Source of the DNA: Hemiscyllium ocellatum
Lineage: Eukaryota
DNA: 64,000 bases
Assembly (NCBI RefSeq): GCF_020745735.1
Contig: NW_026867509.1
Location: 1,178,001-1,242,000 of the forward strand
Direction: 5' to 3'
The first letter of the stretch is position 1; each line of letters begins with the position of its first letter. Positions 24,921-38,125 of this stretch are shown here, piece by piece. The notes under the pieces were generated by a model, which was given only the letters and a program-made list of their open reading frames with translations, was not told where the DNA came from and did not search any database. The translations under genes and the position numbers were made by a program.

Positions 24921-27869
24921 ATCCTGATCATATCTCATGCACAAGTAGTTGTCAAATTCTTTGTATTGATTGCGTTAATAATACCAGTACAAGCAATTAT
25001 ACTCCATATAAATAATCTATAACATGAGAAAATGAGAGAACTGAAGGATTCACCCATTACCCACGGCAGCAGGATAGTGTGTCTCTCCTGCATATTTTAT
25101 AGGTTTGTTTGGTGTTTAGGTCAACTGTCATGAGGATGGAGGGCGGGTTTTCGCAGCTCATAAATAAGTTGACAAGATAGTCGCTTCAGGTTTTTTCAGC
25201 TGACACTACCTGGCCAAAGGTTTTAACAGTTCAAACCAGCAAATGTTCAAAGCTGGACTTGTGGTCTTCATTTAGATATACAGGGTTTTATGCACCAGGT
25301 CAGACCCCACCAAATCTTTCAATTAGATAGACCTGCCCCTAATTTTGCTGGTTGATTTAAGCAGGTATGAAGTGGGTATTCCAGGTGTGATGCAGCTGGC
25401 CCAACTAATTAGTTTTAAACATAAGAGTTTTTTTTATACAAGATGACTGAATGTAAAACAAACAAAGAGAACAGAATGTGTAGAATATCTTAACCTCTGC
25501 GAACACAACTTAATGATGCTCTGCCTATTACTTGCAACCATCCCCAGAAACAGTCCTTGGAACAAAAGGTAAAATCAAATTCGGTTTCTTGCAGGACAGA
25601 TGCCAAAGAGAGGGAAGATCAGCCTGGACCCGTTACTTTCAGGCCAGCAGCAACATATCAACAGCCTGCTAAAAGGAAACCAGACGAGATCAAAGCTGAG
25701 CTGGGAGAACAGGCCACTCCACTTTATTTTCAATTGTTCTTTCTTGTAAAACTTAAAATCCTTTTGTCTGAGGCACTATCCATAAGATACAATCAAGTGG
25801 CCCTAAATCCCATCAAACCTCGACCTCGAAAATTCTCTGCGTTTACGAACGTTCTGAAAATAAAACAAGCACAGCATGACGTTCTGAAAACAGCAACATC
25901 GTCACAAGTGCAAGATGACATTCTCCGCAGGAACAAATATGAAGGAGGTTAATCATATTTTAGTTAAAAACATTTCTAAATGCAAAAACACACGAAGCCT
26001 TGGAAGTCCTAGTTTGGCCGCAGTCCCAAGTTTGTCATTTAGTGAAACACGTACAGAAAGGTTTGATACGACAGTATTCTGAATTGTTTAGCCCATTCTA
26101 AAATTGCAAAAGCAAAGAACAACTCTCTCTGAAAGGTTAGGTGCATTCCCTGAGCAAATGTTCAGAAGTAATAAAGAGGCATTATGGAAAAAGATAACGT
26201 CATTGACAGCGTAAACACGAAGCAACAAAAAGACCATTCGCCCAGGAGGGGGCAGAATAGATTCATAAAAAGCGAGAAGATAAATTAATTAAACTTAAGT
26301 GTAGATGGAGCTAATTCGAGCAAGTTATTTCATCCAAAGATCAAGGGAAACTGACAAAGACAGGTTACAAACTATAGTGTGAAGAAATGGCTGACCACGA
26401 GTAATTTGTGAAATCTCAGCACGTTTCATTTAATATCTTGATAATGTTATAAGTGGTAGAATTTCACTCTAATTAGTGGAATTTGAATACATATTTTTAT
26501 TAAGAAAAGATAATTAGCAATCGGAAGTGTATAAAGTGTAAACAGTAAAGAAGTACTTAAAATCACCATTTAGTTTAAAACTCGCATTCAGTATCGAAAC
26601 AAATTGGATCGTAAATCACAATTGCAAGTCTGAGGCTGGAGTCAGACAAAGGCGGTTCTCAATTTGTCAGTCGTGTCATAGTAACTTCATATTAGAGTTG
26701 ATTTTACAGAAGTTATAATTACTAATAAGAATAACATCCTTCCTAACCTGCTATTGTAAAACTTTTGCAGGAATCGTAAGAGTGCTTACTGAAAATTTAT
26801 GTTATTCGTAAATATTGTGATACAGCTGGCAAATGTCTAAAGAGGAAGAAAACGTTCAGAAGATTTGTAGGATCCCATAGAAAGATGGTGGAGGTTTCTG
26901 GATGTGGCTAACAATGACTTCGACTTTGCATGTAATCAAAATAATGCAAAAACTATAAAAGCCTTACATTTCTTTGGCAACTCAGGGTGTCAAAGACTTA
27001 CGATATGAACTATTTCTTTGCCAGTCTCACTTGAAAACCAGTTTAGTATTGATCTCTGGCCTCTCCCATATATGTGGTAATATAGCTCTGAATTAAAGTT
27101 GCTTGTGCTACAGAAAACATGAATTAAGATTGATCCTCGATATTACTCCCTGTAATAGCATAGATGGAAAATAACAATATTCCCTAGAAGAGAGAAATAC
27201 ATCAGGGCTCACGATCAAAAAAGAATCCTTGCAGTTTTATAGCACTATACAGCACAAACTGAATCCAAAACTATTGACAGCTATTGGAGCACCTTTGAAA
27301 CCGATTTAAACTAAAGAAAAACACAATTAGCAATATTTCTCACTACGCAGATTTACTTTGACCCACTGAGCTTTCCAAGCATTTTCTGTTTGTGAATCAG
27401 ACTGAGAGATGTCTGTCCCGTTCCCCTCTCGACGGGGATGGATATTGATTTCCAAAGTATAAACTTCAGAACGTTTTTGTTAACCATGAGATTTCCCATT
27501 TTGATCCCACGTAGAAACTCTTGTTGAAGTTGTTCTCGACGAAATGATCAACTACCAGATAATTCACTGGGATAGTGTGGAGGCTGCCGACAAACTTCTC
27601 GGGGAAATGGTTAAAATTTCGAAATAAGAACCTTACTGCACACTGTAACGTTCGTGAGCGACAATTCAGATACTTCATGTGTATTAAGAACTGCACTCAG
27701 TTTTCCTACGCATTAACACACCACAATTTAAAGTTCAAAATATTTGATTCAAACTGACACAATCCAATTTGGTCGTATCACTGCTCTGTGCATGGGGCAA
27801 GAACTCAATTCTTCCCCCATCGAGGCTTTGGGGAATTCATATTCAGCTGAAAATGATCTGTTCTCTTCT

Positions 27870-28386
27870 GGAGTATTGTGTGCAGTTTTGGTCGCCATAC
27901 TATAGGAAGGAAGTGGAGGCACTGGAACGGGTGCAGAGTAGGTTTACCAGGATGTTGCCTGGCATGGTAGGAAGATCGTATGAGGAAAGGCTGAGGCACT
28001 TGGGGCTGTTCTCATTGGAGAAAAGAAGGTTTAGGGGAGATTTGGTAGAGGTGCCAAGATGATTACGGGTTTAGATAGGGTTGACAGTGAGAAACTTTTT
28101 CCGCGTATGGAGTCAGCTGTTACTAGGGGACACAGGTTTGAATTAAGGGGAGGTTGGTATAGGACAGATGTTAGAGGTAGATTCTTTACTCAGCGCATTG
28201 TAAGTTCATGGAATGCCCTGCCAGTATCAGTGGTGGACTCTTCCTCTTTATGGTCATTCAAGCGGGCATTGGATAAACATATGGAGGTTATTGGGCTAGA
28301 GTAGGTTAGGTAGGCTTCGGTCGGAGCAACATCGAGGGCCGAAGGGCCTGTACTGCGCTGTATTTTTCTATGTTCTATGTTCTATG
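27870..28386 (+). mobile_element. Relatively young CR1/HER1-like LINE 3-prime end with (TTCTATG)n tail
   Basis: LEYCVQFWSPYYRKEVEALERVQSRFTRMLPGM..RFFTQRIVSSWNALP..DKHM; ends CTATGTTCTATGTTCTATG. Confidence 0.92.
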
Positions 28387-29009
28387 AATTATCCTCAAAT
28401 CAGTCAAGGTCCAGAGCGTGTAATCACAGAGTAAGCGTTTTCTTTTAAGGCAAAATTGTCAAGAACGAATTTTTCTCTTTTTTCAGGATCGTGTATCTGT
28501 GGTGACTTTATTGCAGTGAGCTCTAAAAGTTGATCAGTTAAATATATTCAAGGTAAAAGAAACAGAATATTATTCGGCCAGGGAATACTGGGGTTTTGGG
28601 GAAAGGCAGAAAAGTTGAGTTATGGATTATGAGATCAGCCTTAATCTCATTGCATAGTGGAGTAGACTCAGTGGGCGAAGTGGCTCAATCTGTTCCTGTC
28701 ATTTCGATTCATTCCCTGCAGGAAACACAGTCTCTACCCTGCTCGTGGTGGAACCGTCCTTATGGAACTAATACAGTTCCGTTTTCAGTTAATTCTAATC
28801 CCAGGATGTTGATAATGCTGAATCTGACGAGAAATTGTATTTTTTGCCCCATTTCTTGCTCTTGACACCATTTGACTCGGTTAGGAAATCCACTTCACTG
28901 TTCAGAGTTAATGAATTTGCTGAGACTTTGTAGCTCTCCTGGCCTGATCAAGTATGAATAGCAAATTTCTTTTGTTACAGGCTGATGAAACTATATTCTT
29001 TCTTTTTGT

Positions 29010-29350
29010 TTCATAGAATCATCAAATCCCTACAGCGTGGAAACAAGCCTTTTCAGCGCAACAAGTTCACAAGTCCGAAGAACAACTAATCGAGATCCAT
29101 TCCCCCTACCCTATATTTGCCCCTGAATAATGCACCTAACCTACGCATCTCTGAACGCTCTTGCCAATTTAGCATAGACAATTCTCCTAACCTGCATATC
29201 TTTCGAACTGTGGAAGAAAATCAGTGCACCAGGAAGAAATTCAGGCAGACACAGGGAGAATGTGAAAACTCTACACAGACAGTCGCCTGAGGCTAGAATC
29301 AATAATGGAACCGGATCCTCCACTGTGAGATAGCAGTGCCCATCAATGAA
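29010..29350 (-). mobile_element. Degenerate HE1-like SINE
   Basis: GGCAGACACAGGGAGAATGTGAAAACTCTACACAGACAGTCGCCTGAGGCTAGAATC matches 287-599. Confidence 0.8.
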
Positions 29351-29459
29351 CCATTGCTCTTGACAATTTTGTCTTAAACGGAAATGCTGGTCCTCGCCTA
29401 CCCTTCCATAACAGATATAGTTAGTTATGAATTCTAAAGCATTACATTGAACATGGAAC

Positions 29460-30400
29460 ATCGAACATAGAACATAGAATAGGACAGCACAGTACAGGCC
29501 GTTCGGCCCTCGAGTTTTTCCTGGACTTTAATCCTTATCTAAAATCAGTCTAACATATTTTCCATGAGCCGTTCCCAGAGATGCTGAATTGTCCCTAATG
29601 TATCTGACTCGACTACCATTGCAGGCGGTGCATTCCACGCACCCAATACTCTCTGTTTAAAGAACCTACATCTGACATCTCCCCTAAAAGTTCCACCAAT
29701 CACCTTAAAATTATGCCTACTCGTTATAGCCATAACCGACTGGGGAATGGTCAACAGCCATCCACTCTATCTATGTCTCTCATCATCTTGTACACCTCAT
29801 TCAAAGTCAGATCCCATGCTTCATTGCTCCAACAAGCAAAGTCCCAGCTCCTTCAACGTTTCTTCGTAAGACACATCCTTAAAATGCACCCATAATTCTG
29901 GTAAGTTTCCTCTGCACGCTCTCTAAAGCTTCTACATCATTCCTATAGTGAAGCGATCAGAACAGAACACAATGTTCCAAGTGTGGTCTCACTGGTGCTG
30001 TATTATCTGCAGCGTAACATCGTGGCTCTTAAACAGAATTGCCCCGCTAATGAAAGCCAAACACACAATATTAGTTCTCGGAAACCCTATTAACCTGTGT
30101 GGCAAATTTTAATAATGTATGGACCTGGACCTCAACATCCCTGTTTACCTATACACTGCCAAGGATCCAGCGTTTAAACTTGTATTTTTCATTCAACTTC
30201 GACCTTCCAAAGTGGATCACTTCACACTTTTCCTGGCTGAATTTCACTGCCAATTATCAGCCCGGTTCTGCAACCTGTCAATGTCGCGTTGCAAACTACA
30301 AAGCTCTCCACATATATACCACTGCACCAAACTTCGGGAAATCTGCAAACTTACTAGGACACCCTTCCCCTTCCTTGTCGAAGTGATTGAAGGGGCGTTA
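29460..30400 (-). mobile_element. CR1-like LINE 3-prime portion
   Basis: (GAACATA)n tail at 29460. Minus ORF RHNFKVIGGTFRGDVRCRFFKQRVLGAWNAPP. Confidence 0.85.
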
Positions 30401-30779
30401 ATGACCGAGTGGTGTCATCTCCGGACTCTTAGCCCAGAGACCCAGATAATGTTGTTGGGACCTGCATTCAAATCTAGACACAACACATGGTGAAATTTGA
30501 ATTCAACAAACATCTGGAATGAACAGGATGAGATGGCCACAATACATTGTCGGTTGTTGGAAGAAAAACACCATCTGGTCCACTAATGCCATTCCAGGAA
30601 GGATATTACCTGCCATCCTTACCTGGTTGACTCTTAACTGCCCGTTGGGATTGTCAATAAGTGTCAGTTATCCCGTGACGTCCTCAGTCCGTGAGTGAGT
30701 AAAGCAAGTATAAAGATAACGTAGAGCAGAGATCCCAGAAACGGTCCCTGCAGAACACCACTGGTCACCAAAAGTGAGC

Positions 30780-32350
30780 CTCAAAGCCTTCCATATACAA
30801 CCATGTTGTGTCTTCTGTGAGGCAGTCAATTCTGCATCACGATTTCCCTGCACTCCCTTACTTTCTGAATGAGCCTACCATGGGAAGCATTATCAAACGC
30901 ATTGCTCAATTACTTATATATCACATCCAATGCTCTACCTTCATCAATACGCTTTGTTACATGCTAAAATAACTCAAGATTGTGTGTAGCATGACCGGCC
31001 GCACATAAGGCCATGCTGACTAACTTTACTCAAACTCTGGTTTTACATGCAATGATGGAACCTTTCTTTCAATGCCTTCCCCACCACAGACGTGTGACTG
31101 GCTGCTCTAGAGTGCTCACGATTAACCCAATTCTGTTTCTTGAAGAGAACAATATTTGCCACTCTCCAATCATCGAGAATTAATCCATTATACACTAAGG
31201 GTGCAAAGATCATCAGCAAAGGTACAGAAATCTTTTCCCTCGTTTCCAATAGAAGCATAGAGTATATCCTTTCTGGCCCGGGTGACTTATTCATCCTCAT
31301 GAATTTCAAAATCTTATCACATCCTTTGTCTTAACACCAACATGTTTGCTCACATCACGCCGTCCTCAGAAACGTCAACTTTCCTTCCAGGAGTGACTCT
31401 GTGGCAAAGTACTCTTATAAAGTTCCTTCCCTACCTCCTCCAACTCCAGGCACAGTTCCCCAACCCTCTTTATCCCTGGTCGGCCCTACCCTCACACTGG
31501 TCATTATCGTGTTCCTCGCAAAAGTGTCAAAGGCCTTTGTGTTTTCCTTCATCCTATCTGCGAAAGCTTTTCCATGCCCTCTTCTAGCTCTCCTCAGTTC
31601 ATTGTTCAATTCCTTCCTGACTACATTACAACCTTCTCGAGTCCTATCTGATCCTCGCCTCCTCAACAGTAAATTAGCTTTCTCCTTCTTTATGGCTAGA
31701 TGTTGCACATTCTTTGTCACGCAACGTTCTTCCATCTTGTCACTCCTTCTTTGCATGCTTGGGAGAAACCTGTCAACAGTTATCAGCAATTGCGCCATAA
31801 ACAATCTCTCCATTTCTGTCATGCATTTCTCTGAGAACATCTGTTCCCAATTTAGGCGACCTCGTTCCTGCTGAATAATATTCTAATCTCCCCTTCCCCA
31901 ACTAAATATTTTCCCATACTTCTCGTCCCGTACATTTCCATGAGCATCGAAAGGTGAGGGAGTTACGATTACTATCGCTCAAATGTTCTCTCAGCTGGTA
32001 TGATTCGTTGCCAAGCACAAATCTGATATATAACGGCATCCCCTCTGGTCAGTCTATCTATATGCTGAGGCAGGAACCTTTCTGGACATAGCTGATAAAC
32101 GAAAACTGCTTGACCCTAACAATTTGAACTAACTAATCAGTATTCGAGAAGTTAAAGTCATCCAGTGCAACATGCCGTTACTTCCGCAACTTTCCAAAAT
32201 CCGTCTCCTAATTTGCACCTCAGTGTGTCTGTAGCGATTGAAGGGCCTATAGAACACTCCCAATAAAGTGACTGCTCCTTTACTGTTCCTGACTTACAAC
32301 TATGTTGAGGAGGCAAGGGTTAGTCTGCGACAATGGATTGCTAATTCAGT
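30780..32350 (-). mobile_element. CR1-like LINE ORF2, linker to RT start
   Basis: Minus ORFs RKELNNELRRARRGHGKAFADRMKENTKAF..RVGP and NKSPGPERIY..DDWRVANIV..TSVVGK. Confidence 0.88.
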
Positions 32351-32813
32351 ACGATGAAAGGCTCTCCCTAAACGTACATGAAATGAAAGCAATAAGAACA
32401 TAGGGATTAAGCAAAGATAAATGAACTGCTCTGAACACATGAAAGCAGGAAATAATTTGGATCCTGTCTGTGACTTGATAATGGAGGACTTGTAATTTAG
32501 TTCAGTGCTTGCTATCAGCCACTCTAATCGATGTTGAAAAAAAAGGATTCGTTCGTGGATAAAATGGGCATCATATAGAACAGAATCAGCTGTTCAATCA
32601 CACGAATACTTGAATCGTCTAATTCGTCAATATTACAAGTAGAAATCAGGTAACTGTTACATCATCTGTTTCTTCAGTGAAGTGTGAGTAAGGTTCACGT
32701 TCTAATTTAGTCGTTCCTCTGGAGACTCTCAGCAGAAGCAAACGAGGAAAGCTTTGGAAGTGTGACAGAGCAAAGGCACAGAGCCTCAGGTATTCTATTA
32801 TTTCCAACAGACA

Positions 32814-32883
32814 ATGCCCAGTGCAGCGATTGGTCCAGTATTTGCCATTTTGTATCCAATTCTCACTGTTATTGGTATCCCTG
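32814..32883 (+). pseudogene. GPR139-like GPCR pseudogene C, exon 1
   Basis: ATG at 32814, MPSAAIGPVFAILYPILTVIGIP, 70 nt, donor G/GTGAGT; same size and phase as the intact copies. Confidence 0.8.
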
Positions 32884-33176
32884 GTGAGTGATGATATCAT
32901 CAAGTTTTGAGATTCTTCAGTAATTTTGTCTCATCCTTTTCAGAATCTGGCTCGTTTCCATTTCTGCTATTTGGTGCTGCTTAAATTTCACCTGACACAA
33001 ACTATATTTCACATAACGTGATAATAAATCTTGCAAAGCATACAGTGGCAATTGTATTTGTGTTATGCGGCAAAACAATATATTATTCAAATTTGCAATA
33101 CTCAACATTTAGAGAAACACCTTTCATTTGACTTGTGAAATGCATGGCATTGCCTGAACAAGAAAAATGGGCATAA

Positions 33177-33450
33177 TTGAGCACTAGCATTTAATAAAAT
33201 GCTATAAAATAAAATCTACCCTAGTTAGTATAGTTCCAATTCGTAGTGTATTGTAGTGTGATAAAGTATTGAGCACCAGCATTTAACAAAATGCTATTAA
33301 AAAAATCTACTTTAGTTGGTATTATTCCAGTTCGTAGTGTATTATAGTGTGATAAAGTATTGAGCACTAGCATTTAATAAAATGCTATAAAATAAAATCT
33401 ACCCTAGTTAGCATTGTTCCAATTCGTAGTGGATTATAGTGTGATAAAGT
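33177..33450. repeat. Minisatellite, 3 copies of a 91-92 bp unit
   Basis: TTGAGCACTAGCATTTAATAAAATGCTATAAAATAAAATCTACC..GTGATAAAGT starts at 33177, 33269 and 33360. Confidence 0.92.
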
Positions 33451-34687
33451 TTGTCACCACCTTTGACAGCTGCATGTGAAAATGAATGACTACATTTATT
33501 TCATGAATTGTAACATGCAATATCTTTGATTGGAAAATGATGTTCACACCTCTGGAATAATGCAATTCTCAGCATGTTACAGCGTAGTGAACGCTGGTTG
33601 GGCATTCCCTCTCTTGACGTGCTCATAGGAATTAATTAGGAAAACATGTGGAAGAGGCGAGTGAAGATGAAACAATTTGTATTTATTGTGTACTTTCTTT
33701 TGATTTGCTGATTAGTATTATATATTTGGTATTTATTTTAGGAAAGCTACATGCGTTTTAGTCTTTAGTAGAACAGGAATATCATTGTCACAGTGAACCT
33801 ACCCTGCTTACCTAGAGAGTCCTGAAGCAGTGGCACATTAGTCCCTGAATGCTACTTTTCTTTCTGTCTTCACAGAAAAAGACGGATCCCCTAATGTGCT
33901 CGAGCAGTTTCTGTTTGTATTAAAGTTCCTGTCTCTGATATTCGTCTCACAAATTGGAGTTGAGCTTCTTTCTTCAACTACTCTCCTAAACTTAGTGACG
34001 AAACTTCACAGGAGACTGAACAAAAAATTGAAAACCAAATAACACAAGGAGGTATTAAGGCAGAAATCAGAAAAATACAATCAAAGAGTTCATTTAGAAG
34101 GAACACTTTAAAGATGGAATGGAAGATATGCACAGTGAAGGGGCAATGTTTGAACATTCACTCCATCACCAGCTGAAGTTTAAACTCGTACTGTTTAATT
34201 CATTGAGATTACTTATGTGCATCCAGTTCGGAATTGAGTTCAGCTGCTCTCTCCGAAATTAGTAGAATGCTACAGGATGAGAATGGTGAGATTATAGGAA
34301 TACTTGAAAATTCGAAGAATAAACTCGAAACGGCTGAGAGTTTTTCGGATAGAAGTCCAAGGTAGGTCAGTGAACATCAATTTATTCGGCTTGATATGAA
34401 TAGGGGATAGGGAGGAAATTTTTCAGGTGAGTTGAGTTGGATAGTTCGCCACGGCACCTGACACGGTACACAGAACACGGATCTGAAGAGGTTAACAGTG
34501 CTGATTGGAGTAAGTCTGTTCTCAACAAATATTTACTGCAGCATTTGATCTCCTACAGTTCTCACTGATTGAGAGTAATCGGAGTATAGAGATGGCAAAT
34601 TGATGGATCAGGATTGCACAAACAACTGGAAGGGACTCCGTTTTGGCTGCAGTCAGTTACAGCTCCTTGTCCTTCTGTCTGTCACGG

Positions 34688-35582
34688 CCAGCTTAGTCAT
34701 GATCACAATCCTATCCCGAGGTCAGTGCAATCTCTCCTGATGCATTTGCTTCTACCTGGTGACAATCGCGGTGTCTGATTTCCTTGTCATCCTCACGGCC
34801 ATCATCTTCTAACGCATTTTCAGCATTTATTTCCGGTACAGTGTCCTGTCTACCACCCCTGCCGGAGCGCACAGTGCAGTGTTGATCTATGTAAGCTAGG
34901 ATGGCTCAGTCTGCCTGACAGCAGCCTTCACATTCGACCGTTTAGAGGCTATCTACTGGCAGAGCTTGAAGGCTAGATGCTGCACGGAGAAAACTGCATC
35001 GGTGGTCATAGGAGCAGGATGTGCCATGAGCTGTATCAAACATTTCCTGCATTATTTCTTCTGCCAACCATTATTCGATGTGGATGGAGTCCCCTGGTTC
35101 TGTGACATTAAGTCCATCTATTACACCCTGCCTGCTTAGCAGGCCTCTCACTGACTAGAACGCATCTTAACGCCCATTCTCCCATTCTTCCTCATTTACT
35201 TTACTCAATGTTTTGACTGAACGACACATCTTCGCAGTCACCAAAGCCCGCAGGACATTCCAAGGCACCAAGGACAGTGGAGGCAAGGAAATGGCCAACT
35301 GTAGGAGATCCATTATCCTGCTTTTTGCTATCTCTCTGACTTTCCTTCTCCTGTGGGTGACGTATGTGGAAAACGTCGTCCACGTGCGGGTTATAGGTAA
35401 GGGCTTGAACAACAATCTAAATTTCAATGATCCACAATACATTTTCCAAGAGGTGAGCATTGTGCTTAATTTATTAAAGTTTCTTCATTAACGGGTTTAC
35501 CTATGTACTACGCCAGAACAAGTTTCGTGAGGAAGTAAAGAAAATGTTTGTATGCCCTTTCGCTACCCTGATCTATCATTAA
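34688..35582 (+). pseudogene. GPR139-like GPCR pseudogene C, exon 2
   Basis: Acceptor reads CGG rather than CAG; ASLVMITILSRGQCNLS*CICFYLV..AFTFDRLEAI..PWFCDIK..; five in-frame stops before a frameshift near 35200; ends ..KFREEVKKMFVCPF..TAA. Confidence 0.9.
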
Positions 35583-35744
35583 ACCATGAAATACAATAAA
35601 ATCTTTCAGTTTCTCTCCTATCCCGAGTCTCTCAGTGTGTATAATTCTCTAACACAGGAACATAGCCACAGGAGTCAGCCATTCATCATCCTGAGTATAT
35701 TCCATCATGCCTTACAAGGCTCTGGTCAGACTACATTTGGGGTA

Positions 35745-36120
35745 CATAGAACATATAACATAGAACATAGAAAAATACAGCGCAGTACAGGCACTTCGGC
35801 CCTCGATGTTTCGCCGACCGAGGCCTACCTAACCTACACTAGCCCAATAACCTCCATATGCTTATCCAATGCCCGCTTAAATGACCATAAAGAGGGAGAG
35901 TCCACCACGGCTACTGGCAGGGCATTCCATGAACTCAAAACCCGCTGAGTAAACAATCTACCCCTAACATCTGTCCTATACCTACAACCTCTTAATTTAT
36001 AGCTGTGTCCCCTAGTAACAGCTGACTCCATTAGCGGAGAAAGGTTCTCACTGTCAACCCTATCTAATCATCTTGTACACCTCTATCAAATCTCCCCTAA
36101 ACCTTCTTTTCTCCAATGGG
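35745..36120 (-). mobile_element. Young CR1/HER1-like LINE 3-prime end (same subfamily as 27870-28386)
   Basis: Minus ORF MESAVTRGHSYKLRGCRYRTDVRGRLFTQRVLSSWNALPVAVVDSPSLWSFKRALDKHM; (CATAGAA)n tail. Confidence 0.92.
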
Positions 36121-36229
36121 TAGTGCGCGGATTTTTCAGCCCTCTATCTCAGAAATTATATATTGAAACTGGCGTATGCTCAGGGAAGATTTCCGAGAAT
36201 GGTGCCAGGAATGCACGCCTTAACATATG

Positions 36230-36640
36230 AGGAAATTTGAGGATTCTGCTTTCGTATTGGATGCAGGTTAGAAGAATGAATTCGGATCTAACGTAAACAT
36301 AGACAATACTGAATGCCCTGGACACAGCGGATATTGGAAATATGCTTCCATTGATGACAGAGACCCGAGGGCATGGACTTACAGTAAAGGGAAGACCTTT
36401 TTGAACGGAGAGAGAAGAACATCCCAGAGAGCCGAGAATTTGTTTTCTCGCAGAAGGCTGTGGATGCCGGTCATTGAGTATATTTAAGATGGAGATACAT
36501 GACCTCTTGAATATCAAAGGAATTAAGGGTTACAGGTAGTCAGTGGGAGAAAGGGTTTGAGAAACTTAAGTACCATAATTGAATTTCAGAACAGATTCAG
36601 TTGGCTGAATAGTCTCATTTATGTTCCTATGTCTTATGGT
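36230..36640 (+). mobile_element. Degenerate CR1-like LINE 3-prime end
   Basis: GAGACCCGAGGGCATGGACTTACAGTAAAGGG..CCTATGTCTTATGGTCTTATG. Confidence 0.7.
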
Positions 36641-37109
36641 CTTATGGATATCATGTCTGGTGTGTGGACCGATTCAAGTTACCAGCCTTTGTATCGTATC
36701 CTTTAAAATATTCACTGAAAAACAATTTATCTAACTCAAATTTAGCACTAACAACTGACCTGGGATCAACAAACATTTGCGAAGTATGTTTCAAAGCTTA
36801 ATTACCTGTTGTGCATCTAAAAGATACCTGATATCTCTCCTGAAGTGTTTGACTCTCATTCCAAGTCCATAATTCCTATTGATAGGAACACCAACCAGTT
36901 GGTGACCAACCTAAGGTCAACATCCATCAAACATAGTTTCATTGGTGTGCTTTGCGATTCGTAAGTTGCACACAATGTGCAGCACGCTTTTCAATTAATG
37001 ATTTCACGAAGTCCACAAATTCAGTGGCACATAAGTATTTTCAGAACTGATTGCAGGAGATGGATTCTGCTTTTAGTTTAATCCAGGTTTGACAGCCTGA
37101 CAATATTAG

Positions 37110-38125
37110 GTTTCATGAGGTTTCTCAAGGTCGGCTACTGCACAAAATACCGAGGCATGTGAGTAGGGGTGATTTAGCATTTTGGATCAGAAATTGGCTA
37201 GCTGAAAGAGGACATTGGTTGTTGATTGATGGGAAATATTCATCCTGGAGTCCAGTTACGATTGGGGTCCAATGTTGTCATTTAGATAAATGATTTAGAT
37301 AAAGACATATAAGGATGGGTTAGTAAATTTGCGGATGACACTAATATCGGTGGAGTTGTAGATAGTGACGAAGAATATTGTAGGTTACAAAGAAGTGTGA
37401 GGCGTATCACTTTAGAAGCAGTAACAGGAATACATGAAATGGGCTAATGATAAGATTCTTTGTGGTGTAGCTGATAAGAAAGACTTGGTGTTCAGGTACC
37501 TAGATCCTTGAAAGTTTCCACCCAAGTTCATTGGGTTGTTCAGAAGGAATATGTTGTGTTGGCTGTTTTTTGGTACAGGAATTGAGTTTCAGAACCATGA
37601 TATCATGTTGCAGCTGCACAAAACTCTATTGCAGCCACATTTGGAGTATTCCTTATAGTTCTGGTCACCGCATGATAGGAAGGATGTGAAAACTCTGGAA
37701 AGGGATCAGACAGGATTGACGAAGAAATTGCCTGTTATGGATGGAAGGACTTGGGAGGAAGCTGAGGGACTTGAGACTGTTTTCGTTCGAATGAAGAAGG
37801 TTGAGAAGCGACTTAATCGAGGCTTATAAGATAATCACAGGAATATCTAATTCGTCAGTGAGTTCCAATTTCCTCGGTTGGCGTTAGGGTGTTGGTAGAT
37901 ATTGATCAGGTTTCAGAGATAATTTCTTTACTCAGAGAGTATTCGGGACCGGGAACATACTGCCTGCAACAATATTAGACTCATCAAATTTGAGGGCATT
38001 TAAATGGTCATTGGAAAGGCATATATACGAGAATGGAATAATGTAGGTTGGAAAGGCTTCAGATTGGTTCAATAGGTTGGTGCACCATCGAGGACAGGAA
38101 GGCCTGTACTGCACTGTAATTTTTT
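37110..38125 (+). mobile_element. CR1-like LINE RT and 3-prime part
   Basis: AGTAAATTTGCGGATGACACTAAT (SKFADDT) at about 37322 and downstream CR1 motifs. Confidence 0.85.

Noticed and set aside
28573-28584. J segment (FGQG)
   Set aside because: No upstream RSS, no T-x-L-x-V ending or donor, and it runs into a CR1 3-prime UTR.
31401-31874. 157-aa plus-strand ORF
   Set aside because: Antisense shadow of CR1 ORF2.
33177-33450. CRISPR-like array
   Set aside because: Whole units repeat with no unique spacers, no cas genes, and the context is vertebrate.
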